Assembly: GCF_036321535.1 (NCBI RefSeq)
Contig: NC_087437.1
Location: forward strand, 15,192,001-15,256,000
Reading direction: 5' to 3'
Origin: Camelus dromedarius
Lineage: Eukaryota
Length of the DNA stretch: 64,000 bases
The position numbers and the translations under genes are program-made. This document shows, piece after piece, positions 50,699 through 61,107 of this stretch. The stretch's first letter is position 1; each line of letters starts with the position of its first letter. The notes beneath the pieces were generated by a model, which was given only the letters and a program-made list of their open reading frames with translations, did not search any database and was not told where the DNA came from.

Positions 50699-50902
50699 CA
50701 GGTTTCCCAACTTCAGCACTACTGACATTGTGGGCTGGATAACTCTGTTGCGAGAGGCTGTCTTGTGCATGGCAGGATCCCTGGCCTCTATTTGCTAGAT
50801 GCCCCCAGTTGTGATAACTGAAAATGCCCCCAGATATTGTCAAATGTCACCCCAGGGTGGGGGGTGGGGGCAGGCAAAATTGCCCCCAGTTGAGAAACAC
50901 TA
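50699..50902. mobile_element. MER20-like hAT MITE
   Basis: caggtttcccaac...gcactactgacattgtgggctggataa...cagatattgtcaaatgtc...ggcaaaattgcccccagttgagaaacacta. Confidence 0.85.
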
Positions 50903-51135
50903 AGCTAGATGGATTAAAGAAAATAAAAAGACACAAATAACCAGTATGAGGAATAAAAGAGGAAACATTTTTACAGATCCTCTAGACATCAAAAAATATT
51001 TTGAACTCAACTTTATGCCAATAAATTCAATATCTTTGATGAAACGACCAAATTTCTTGAAATACACATATTACCAAAATACACAAAGGAACAGAAAATC
51101 TATACAGCCCACTATCTTTTAAAGAAACTGAGTTC

Positions 51136-51247
51136 GGGAGGAGGGTATAGCTCAGTGACAGAGCGCCTGCCCAGCATGCGTGAGGTCCTGGGTTCAATTC
51201 CCAGTACCTCCAATAAAATAAACAAACAAACAAACCAAGTTATCCCT
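51136..51247 (+). mobile_element. tRNA-Ala-derived SINE (Vic-1-like)
   Basis: gagggtatagctcagtgacagagcgcctgcccagcatgcgtgaggtcctgggttcaattcccagtacctcca. 15-bp TSD aaagaaactgagttc (51121-51135) / aaacaaactgagttc (51248-51262), preceded by tttt (L1 endonuclease site). Confidence 0.9.
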
Positions 51248-51357
51248 AAACAAACTGAGTTCATAATCAAAAATCTTCCCACAAAGAAAACTCAGCATCC
51301 AAACAGTTACAATGGGTGAATTCTATCAACCTTGAAAGGAAAAAAATAATACAAATC

Positions 51358-51806
51358 TGGATGAGCTTCCTAGAGCTGCCAGAACGAAGTACCACAAACT
51401 GGGTGACTTAAACAGTGGTATCTGCCTCACAGCTCTGGAGGCTAGAACCCCCAAATCAAGGTGTCAGCGGGGCTATGCTCCCTCTGAAACCTGCAGGGGA
51501 GAATCCTTCCTTGCCCCTCGATAGCTTTGGGTGGTCTGAATGCCAGCAATCCTTGCTGTTCCTTGATTTGCAGCTGCAGCACTTCAATCTCCACCTGTGT
51601 GCACACAACATCCTCCCCTTGCATGCCAGTGTCTCTTTTTATAATGGTATTAGTCATACTGGATTAAGGTCTACCTTAATTGATTATGACTTCATCTTAA
51701 CATTATACCTGCCATGACCCTGTTTCCAAATAAAGTCACATTTTGAGGTATGGGGCTCTGGATTTCAACCTATCTTTGGGGGGAACAAAATTCAAACCAC
51801 AGTACA
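51358..51806 (-). mobile_element. MLT1B/C-like MaLR solo LTR
   Basis: gtaccacaaactgggtgacttaaaca; ctcacagctctggaggctaga; aaatcaaggtgtcagc; ccctgtttccaaataaagtcacatt; TG...CA ends. Confidence 0.85.
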
Positions 51807-53223
51807 ATCCTACACAAACTCCAGAAAAAACAGAGGAGGGAACACTTCTCAATTCATTTTGAAGCCAGCATTATCCTTAATACTAAGACCAAAGAGTTTA
51901 GCCTTTAGGAACTTAGTATCTTTTTCATTAATAGTGATCATTTGATAGAGCAATGCCCACCCTTGAGGTCTGTGCTTTGGGAGAAAGAGACAAAAATCAG
52001 ACAGAGACAGATGTATAGTTTTTAAGTCCCCATAGAAACAGAGCCTATTGGAATAAACCAATAGGTTTAAGGGAAATGTTCTATTCTGCTTAAAAATGGA
52101 AAAATGATTTCAAATTAATAAGAGGTAAAGGAAGGTCCATGCTTACATCCAGGTAATTTGTCTACCTTTAAGCTTTAATTTATATGAACTTTTAATGATG
52201 ACAGTGATTACTAAATGCAATGTTTAGTTTTTAAAATATTGTCCAATTCCATAGGGAAGGTAGTTCACTACACAGATGGAAGAGAGCCCAAAGAAGTGAA
52301 CTGGGTGGAAGGGTGTTCCCACCCTTCCTTCACAAGATGAGATAGGTCTGTTCTTACTCACTGATAGTGTCAGCAGCAGGGGGGAGGCATAATCAATCCA
52401 AACCAGATTCCAGAGGAAGAAACAATGAGAACCGGTAACAGGAGGATACTGCCACTTGATCAACAACCCCATCTACTGACAAGGGATGTTCTAACAACCT
52501 CTACTGTCAGGGACTTTCACAGCAATGCTGGTGGTAACTGAGACCCGGAGTGTATACAGGTACCATACCAGTATAACATACATAAGCTGACTTTAAAAAA
52601 TTACTTCTTTCACATTGTTCTGTCCACATTATCACTAGGCACCCACCTCAGGTTCTCGTATTAAATACTGCAGCAGTAATACACCAAAAAAAGAATACGC
52701 CTAAGGGAACACTGCAGTTTCACTTCCTTAGAAGCAAACAAAAAAAGTGATTAATTACATGTTGGCTCACCAACCCTTATAAAAAAAAAATCAAAACCAA
52801 ACAACACAAGGATGATTTGTGGAAAACTTGTCCTCCAAAGTCTTCTGATAACTGAACCATTTAAAATTCAGACAGACCTATAATTTCCTCTCATTTGACG
52901 TTGTTTGAAAGAGGGCAATAAGAAGGTCAGGATGTTTCACCACCCCCGAGTTTTCACTCTTAAATGTAACAGTCAATAATGTTGGGGGTATTCAGAGATT
53001 TCCATTCTGTTACTTCGGGAATTTATAATGCAAAGCTGACCTCAATATATTATATATGATGAGAAAAAAAATTCTGCCCAATTCTAAATGATCTCATTTG
53101 ACCACAGTAAAAGCATCAAGTGTTCCACGGCTAGGCCTTTCTGTTCATCCTAGAAACCTAACAGCCCTTTCTCGCATATGGAAATGGGTTCAGATGACCA
53201 AAGTGCAATTAATTTAATCTGGG

Positions 53224-53380
53224 CAAGTGTTTTCCAAACTTGAGTAACAAGAAGAATCATCTGCGGAGTTTGTTAAAAGTATAAACTCCTGAGTCCCAAA
53301 TAATTCTGAGGCCCAGAACTCCATTATTTAAACAAGAGTCCCAGCTGGGTCTTAAGATCCAGCAAATTTAGGAACCAGTC
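53224..53380. mobile_element. MER5-family hAT MITE
   Basis: agtgttttccaaactt...agaatcatctgcggagtttgttaaa...tttaaacaag...aaatttaggaaccagt. Confidence 0.6.
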
Positions 53381-54240
53381 TTAGATGTGTTAGCCGTGGT
53401 GGTCAGGCAGCAAACACAGTATTTATTTATTTTTATTGTAGTATGGCCTACATACAAAAAACTGTTTCAATTTGGTTAAGTTCTGACATGTGTACACCTC
53501 TGAAACCATTGCCACAATCAAGATAATGAACACATCCATCACTTGCAACAGATTTTTAACAGCTCTAATCCTTTCCTCCCAGTCCTCCCCACCACCACCC
53601 CTACTATCCCCAAATAACCATTAATCTGCTTTCTGTCACTAACATTAGCCTGCATTTTCTAGAATTTTACATAAATGGAAAGATTCAAACTACACTTTTT
53701 TGCCTAGCTTCTTTCACACAGGATAATGCTTCTGCGATTCATCCATGACGTAAGCGTGTATCAACAGTTCACCCCTTCTCACTGTTGAATTGTATGACTG
53801 CAGCAGTTCATCCATTTACCTGTTGACGGACATTTGGATTATTTCCAGGTTTAACTACTAAAAGTAAGGCTGCTATGAACATTTATGTACAAGTACTGGT
53901 AAGGACATATGCTTTCATTTACCTAGGAGCAAAATGACTGGATGCAGAATATACAATTTAACTTTTAAGAAACTGCCAAACTGTTTTCTGAAGTGAATGT
54001 ACCATACTGCATTCCCATCAACAGTGTAAGAGAGCTAGTTCCTCCAAAACCTTGCAAACACTCCAGCCTTCAATTTTAGCCATAGTAACAGGTGTGCAAT
54101 GGTATTTCATTGTGGTTTTAGCTTGCCATTTTCTTAATGACTAATTATGTTGCTCATATTTTCATGTCCTTATTTGCCATCTATATGTCTTCACTGGTGA
54201 AGTACTCTGCCCATTTTGATATTGGGTTGCTTTTTAATCA

Positions 54241-54648
54241 CAGGTTTCCACTGCTATCTGAAAGTATTCTTATGAAACATTTTGGAGACTGAAATGGCAT
54301 AAAGCAAAGCAGCAGTCTTGCTAACATGTGCACAAAATCAAGATAAACCACAGATGCTTACAGATACAGTTCAAAGCTCCGACAGCTTGATTCTGAGATG
54401 CTGAGTGTAGTGAGTGTCCAGGAAAGGAATTTGGTAGAGTCATTCTCTCTGCTCAAGGTGTGAGATACCCCTATAAATGGCTACTGCAAAACAAACACTT
54501 GAATGTTTTTCACTTTTCACTTTTTTTTTTTTGTAAAACCAAAAATCCTCATTGGATTTCTTCTGGTTAGTGAAAACAGTTACTAACAGAGGTCTTTCAC
54601 AAAAGCAAAGTGGCATAAAGTGAACTTCTGAAAAGTGGGAAATAACTG
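54241..54648 (-). mobile_element. MER82-like Tigger-family element nested in L1
   Basis: agatacagttcaaagct...gcttgattctgagatgctgagtgtagt; caaaagcaaagtggcataaagtgaactt...aaaagtgggaaataactg-ta terminus. Confidence 0.75.
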
Positions 54649-56444
54649 TACTGACTTTTGAGAGTTCTCTAAATATTCTGCAGGTCATGTCCTTGATCAG
54701 ATACATGATTTGCAAATATATACTCTGAGTGTGACTTGTCTTCTCATTCTCTTCATACTATTTCAAAGAGTACAAGTTTTAAATTTTGATAACATCTAAC
54801 TCGTTCTTTTTCAGATCTTGATTTGATGTCTTACCTAAGACATCTTTGCTTAATGCAAAGCTCCAAGGATTTTCTTCTACTGTTCTCTTCTGTTAAGTTT
54901 CACAGTTTTAGGTTGTGCATTTAGATCTGTGATTTGAGTTAATTTTTGTATATGGAGCAAGGTATGAATCAAAGTTCATTTTTTGTAGCTGGATATCCAA
55001 TTGCTCGAGGACCGTTTGTCTAAAGGGTAATCCTTTCACCACTGACTTGCCTTTGCACTTTTGTTGCAAATTAGTGGTCCATACACATGTGGGTCAAGTT
55101 TTAGATGCTCTATTCTATTCCACTAATCTATCCATAATGCCAACACTACACTGTCTTGATTACTGTAATTTGAAATCAGACCTCCAAGTTTCTTTCTTCA
55201 AAGCTGTTTTGGCTATTCTATGCCTTTGCATTTCTGTATCAATTGTATCAATCTGTGAACTTCTACCAAAAAATTAAAAGTCTGTAAAGATTTTATTTGG
55301 GAATATATTGAATCTATATGGATCAACTTGGAGAGGACCAGCATCTTAATACTGAGTTTTCTAATCAACAGACAAGGAATACCACTCCATTAGGTAGGTC
55401 TTTAATTTCTCTCAACAATGTTTTAAAGCAGTCATCATACAGGTCTTTCACATTTTTGTCATATTTATTCCTAAGAATTTCTTATTTTATGATGCTTTAT
55501 GTTTTTTTTAAACTTCAATTTCTGAATTATATTAGTATATATAGAAATACAACTGATTTTGTAAATTGATCTTGTATCCTGTAATCTTTCTAACCATCTA
55601 ACCTCACTAGTTAGTTCTAGTAGCTATTTTGTATATTACATTGGATTTTCTTCATAGATAATCATGTCGTCTACAAATAGTTACTTTTTCCTAGCCAATA
55701 TTTTCGTGCCTTTTATTTCCTCTTCTTGCCTTAGTGCACTGGCTAGAACCTTAAGAACAATACTGATGAGAGTGGGTGTCCTTGTCTTGTAACTGGTACT
55801 AGGTAACAACAATTCAGCCTTTCAGCATTAAGTATGTTATTTGTTATAAGGCTTTGTTGTTGTTGTTGTTAGATGCCCTTTATCAGACTGAGGAAGTTCT
55901 TATCTATTCCTAGTCTGCTGGGAATTTTTGGGAATTAGAAATGAATTGTTTTTAATGGATTAAAATGGATTGTTTTTAATACTATTTCTGCATCCACTGA
56001 GATGATCACTTGGTTTTTCTTTTTTAGTATGTTAAAAGAGTAAACTGCACTGCTTGGATTTTCAAATGATAAAATAAGCTTGTATTCTTGGGATAAAGCC
56101 AATGTGGTCATAATATTATTTTTAAATATATCTATGGATTCTAAACTTTTCTTTAGACTTCTTGTGTCCGTGATCATGAGGGATATGATCTGTAGTCTCT
56201 GTCCAGTGGTATTTCAAGGTAATGCTGACCTCGTAGAATAAGAGAAAGTATTCTATCCTCCAGTTTCTGAGTTGTATATAATTTGGATTATTTCTTCCTT
56301 AAATGTTTGGAGGTATATTCACCAGTGCTCTAGAGTTCACTCTGGACCCAGCGTTTTCTTTTTGGGCAGGTTTTCAACTAAAAATTCATTAACATTTAAA
56401 AATAGATATAGAGCTATTAAATAGATACAGATTATCTACTTTTA

Positions 56445-56625
56445 AAAATAGATTCATTTATTTTATTTTAAAATTTTATTTATTTTTGAAGGGGCAGGAG
56501 GTAATTAGATTGATTGATTGATTGATTTTTTATTATTATTTTTTTTAATGGTGGTACTGGGAATTGAACCTAGGACCTCCTGCATGCTAAGTGTGCACTC
56601 TACTGCTGAGCTATATCCTGCCCCT
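56445..56625 (-). mobile_element. tRNA-Ala-derived SINE (Vic-1-like)
   Basis: Reverse complement ggatatagctcagcagtagagtgcacacttagcatgcaggaggtcctaggttcaattcccagtacc, plus a tail with (aatc)n and ctaattacctcc. Confidence 0.85.
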
Positions 56626-57610
56626 GGAGAATCTACTTCTTGAGTCAGCTTTGAAAATTCTTGTTTTCCAAAAAATTTGTCTATGTCACCCACGTGTCTA
56701 AATTTATTTGGAGAAAGTTGATCAAAATATTCTCTTACTGCTGTGAGAATCTGTTATGATACAATCTCTCTCAATCATTATACTGTTAATTTGCAACTTC
56801 TTTCTTTTTTCCTGATTAGTCTGGCAAAAGACTTATCATTAGATATTCTCAGAGTTAAGCATTGGTTTCACTGATTTTCTCTTATGTTTGGTTTCATATT
56901 TCACTGACTTCCATCTAATCTTTATTATTTCCTTCCATCTACTTACTTGGGGTCTAATTTGCTCTTTTTCTAGTTTCTTAAGGTGAAAACTAAGATCACT
57001 AATTTGAGACTTTTCTTCTTTTCTAATATTGATGTTTGATAGTATATATGTCCCTCTTCAGCAGCATCTTCCAAATTTTGAAATGTGTCGTTTTCATTCA
57101 ATTCTAAATACTTTGCAACTTCCCTTTGATTTCTTTGTCAATACATGGGTTATTTGGAAGTGTATTATTTAAATATTTGAGGATTTTCCAGATTCCTATT
57201 TTTGATTTCTAAGTTAATTCCACTGTGTTCACAAAACCCTACTTTGTATAAACAAAATGTTTACATTTATTGACTTCATTGCCCAGAATATGGTCTACAT
57301 TAGTAAATATTCCATGTGCACCTGAAAATATGCATTCTGCTGTTGTTCAGTGAGTGCTCTATAATTGTTAATTAGATCAAGGTTGGTTGGTACTGATATT
57401 CAAATCTATATCCTTACTGATTTTCTATTTTATCAATTACTGAGAAAGAGGCATTGAAATATGTTCAATTATCTTTTAGAAGAATTTAAGTAATAAGAAA
57501 AACCCCATGTATATTTAACCAGGCAGTTACCATTTCTGGTACTTGCTGCTTTGTACAGATCCATATTTCCATCTAGTATTACTCATTACTAAAGGACTTT
57601 AACATTTCTT

Positions 57611-57742
57611 TTTGTTGTTGTTGTTGAGGGGAGGAGGATAATTAGGTTTGCTTGCTTGCTTTAATGAAGGTACTGGGGACTGAACCCACGACCTCATGCA
57701 TGCTAAGCATGCCCTTTACCCTTGAGCTATACCTTCCCCACT
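57611..57742 (-). mobile_element. tRNA-Ala-derived SINE (Vic-1-like)
   Basis: Reverse complement ggtatagctcaagggtaaagggcatgcttagcatgcatgaggtcgtgggttcagtccccagtacc, plus an aacctaattatcctcc tail. Diverged TSD ctttaacatttctt / ccttaaccttcctt. Confidence 0.85.
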
Positions 57743-58249
57743 CACCTTAACCTTCCTTATAGTGTGTGTCTGCTGGTGATGAATTCTTTCAGCTTTTGTA
57801 TTTCTGGAAAAGTCTTTACTTCCTTTACTTCTCCTTCTATTTTGAAAGCTACTTTCACTGAGTATAAAATTCTATGCAAGTTTTTTCTTACACTACTTTA
57901 AAGATATTGGTTTACTGTCTTCTTACATTGCTGCCCCCTACCTTCACTTTGTCCCTTTAGAAACCCCAATTACACATGAATTCAGCAACCTGAAGTTGTC
58001 CCACAGGTCAATGAGCAAGCCTTCTTCAAGAGCTTTCATGTCTTCTCTCTTCTATCTCTTGCTTTACTCCTGTATCAGACAAGAGGTATACCTCTTCCTG
58101 TGCCAAACTATACCTTTCCCTGGGCTTCTGAGCCCATTCGCCCATCATGTCTTGGACCTCCAAAAACCACATGTCCAATCTCTTTCTCCCCATTGTTCCC
58201 TGGCCTAAAAACCAAACTAAACAAACCCAATAAAATAAAACACAAAACA

Positions 58250-58840
58250 ACACAATAAAACCTCTCTTGAGCCTGCCATTCCATCAAGCTATGACCCTTA
58301 CCCTCCTCTTCACAGCTGAACTTCTTCAAAGTGTAATCTACTTATCGCCCCCACTTTCTCACTTCCCAGAGCCCTTGACAAGTGCTTTATCTATCTCTAA
58401 TGATTTACTAAACCTGCTTGTTCAAAAGCGCCCAATGATTTCCTCATCCTTTCTGACCACTGCAGATATGTTTTATAGACTAGAATCTCCTTGAAACTAT
58501 TTCCTTCCTTGGTTTCTAAGACACAGCATTCTCCAGATTCTCTTCTTACCTTTCTGTTTTATTTCATTGTTTATCTTTCCTTTCTCCCTAACTAAAAATA
58601 AAAATTCCCTATATTTTTCCCTTGGCTTTCTTCTCCCTTTGTATTTACTACCTCTGAGATCACTCCCTTGTTCATACAATCACAAGTTTTATGAACTTGA
58701 TGCCCAGTTTCTAATATCTTGCTTCTGTGTCTTTCCAGAGTTCTAGACCTACGTTCCACACATCAGCATCTTGAACTCAACGTGCCCCACCCACATCAAT
58801 CACGTTTCCCACCAAAACCAGATATTCTGCCTATTGTCCT
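58250..58840 (+). mobile_element. L2 relic
   Basis: ttcacagctgaacttcttcaaag; ctccttgaaactatttccttccttggtttct; agcatcttgaactcaacgtg. Confidence 0.6.
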
Positions 58841-60953
58841 CTATTGTGCTGTATCTTCGTAGTGACTTAGAACTTACTGCAACAGGAGAACTAAAGAGAA
58901 GTACAGATCAAAGTTGGAGCTGAAGTTTTCAGAATCATGGGTCCTGAGTAGAAAAGCAAAGTAGACGTCTATGCAACGTATCTTACAGTTAAGAGGGAGA
59001 CCCTGGGCCACAAAAGTCAATTAATAAATCATTTACTTATAAATAACAACTGAAGTCAAGAGAACAAATGGGATCTCTGAAGTGAAGTCTGTGAGAGTGA
59101 GACAAGGAGAAATGTGAGGACTCAGTATGGAAACAGAGAGGAGAAGAGGACAGGGTGAGGCCATTCGGGATGCTTTTACACAGTCAAGTACATAGCTCTC
59201 CAAGGATAAGATTAATAACGCTGGCTGTGAATGGCCTTACAATAAATGACCCAAAAGACACACCACACACATCAACTTCAATTTTGTAAATACGTAAAAT
59301 ATGGGACACCTGCTAAAGGAAAATAATTAAGGCAGAGTTCCCCACTGTCCATTCTGGGAAAGATGACTTGTGCATGAAGATACAAGGCAGCAAGTGACCG
59401 GTATCATTAGGTAGACACAAAATTCTTGATAGGTGCCACTAAGTAGATACAAGGTTCTCTGGGGATCCAAAGAAGATCAAATCAAATGTCATAAAAGTAG
59501 CTGGCATGTTTGGATCCAGCAGGAATTCCAGATTGGCTGAAATGTATATAAAGAAATGTACAGTAGAAAATATGAAGCTATAAAGGGGAGGGAAGGTTAA
59601 GGACCGGAAAACTGAAGACCAACGGGAAGGATTCTGGATCTTTCCCTACCAATTCCTTTAATTAAAAGTTCACTTTGAAGATCAAAACAGCATGCAGGAA
59701 TATTCTTAGGAGTAGAAGCCTGCGTTCACTCAATTTTCACTAACATTAACTAACAAATTTTCATAAGTGTCCAAAACTGACACTATGCTGCAAACATGGT
59801 ACAGGCTTTATTAGTATATATCCCTTTCTAAATGCCCAGTTTTTGAAGTTTTAATGTTCTATGAATTTTAATTTTTCAGTCACATATCTTCTAGGCCTTT
59901 CCAATAGCCACAGCTGAAATATGTATCTATAGAATTATGATACTTTAAAAAAGTTTTACTATTTAAAATTTAAGATCCAATTAGTAAGTTCATACAAGTG
60001 ACCTTTAAAGGGGTCCTCTGAACAATTCTTCAATGTAAACTATTAACCCTAAAATCTTAATAATCCTCCATATTTATCACTGTGGCAAATATTTTTTTAT
60101 TCCAGCTAAACAAATGTACCCAGGTGCATAATGACTATATATAAAACGCACTGATTGCCTCAGGTATCAAATTTAGTTCATGTTGCCAACTCAACTTCCA
60201 AAATCAGCCATCCTTAGGTACAGAGGGTCATACATGACTGAAAAGAGACCTCTTCTGCTATGTATCTGTCCTAGGATCCATGATTTAAAAAGACAGAAGA
60301 GCCAGTATTGGAGCCCTACCTACCAGGCCATCACACATGTCTGCTATTTATGGTACTTCTGTCCACTGTACCAGATGCTCAGACATTGGTCCATCAGAAC
60401 ACTGGGGCTATTTGAAGGGAATATTAAATAGAACGATAAGGACAAGGTAGGAAAGGGAAGAAAAGAGATGTTCACATGATTTCTTGAGGAAAATATCTGT
60501 TCTTAAGGAGAGCCAAATAAAGAAAATACATCGAGGGTCACTACACTGTCACAAGACAGCAATTGGTCTCTCTGAAAAGATACTAACTTTTCCTAGAGTA
60601 AATCCATTTATTCCTCATCCCCAGGAAAGATTAGGTCTACTAAAATAATACTATTTCATAAAACTAAACAATATGTTCTTAATGTTAATATTAAACTTTA
60701 AATCTTTATTTCCTAAACTAACGTCTGAATGATCTTTTCACTTCTCCAGCCTTTTCCTAATGTCTTTTTATCAATTCTTCTTAATGTCAGTTTAATATTT
60801 AAATAAACCTAAGATTATTGATGTGTAATATCTGCAACCACAATGGAAACAAAATAAATACTGGGAATCTAAGTATTATTCTAAAATTAATAATGAAGAA
60901 ATGGCATAAAATAGAAAGTTTTCTGTCCCTTTAAAAATAATAAGCATTCTCAC

Positions 60954-61107
60954 GGGGGAGGGTACAGCTCAGTGGTAGAGTACACGCTTAGCGTGCAGGA
61001 GGTCCTGGGTTCAATCCCCAGTACCTCCTTTAAAATAAATAAATAAATAGAAAGATAGATAGATAGATAAACCTAATATCCCCCCAAGACAAACAAACAA
61101 TAATAAT
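60954..61107 (+). mobile_element. tRNA-Ala-derived SINE (Vic-1-like)
   Basis: gggggagggtacagctcagtggtagagtacacgcttagcgtgcaggaggtcctgggttcaatccccagtacctcc. 16-bp TSD aataataagcattctc (60936-60951) / aataataagctttctc (61108-61123). Confidence 0.9.

Larger units (their letters stand above)
50300..51895 (+). mobile_element. Old L1 relic (ORF1 end, spacer, ORF2 part) hosting MER20, a Vic-1-like SINE and an MLT1 LTR
   Basis: agagaaacaaaagctgagag; tacagatcctctagacatcaaaa; aggagggaacacttctcaattcattttgaagccagcattatccttaatac. Confidence 0.75.
53420..58030 (-). mobile_element. Long degenerate L1 (3' UTR, ORF2, part of ORF1), same orientation as RYK
   Basis: Continuous antisense L1 motifs: catccatttacctgttgacggacatttgg; ggtatttcattgtggtttt; atagaaatacaactgattttgtaaattgatcttgtatcctg; gcccagaatatggtcta. 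Confidence 0.9.
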
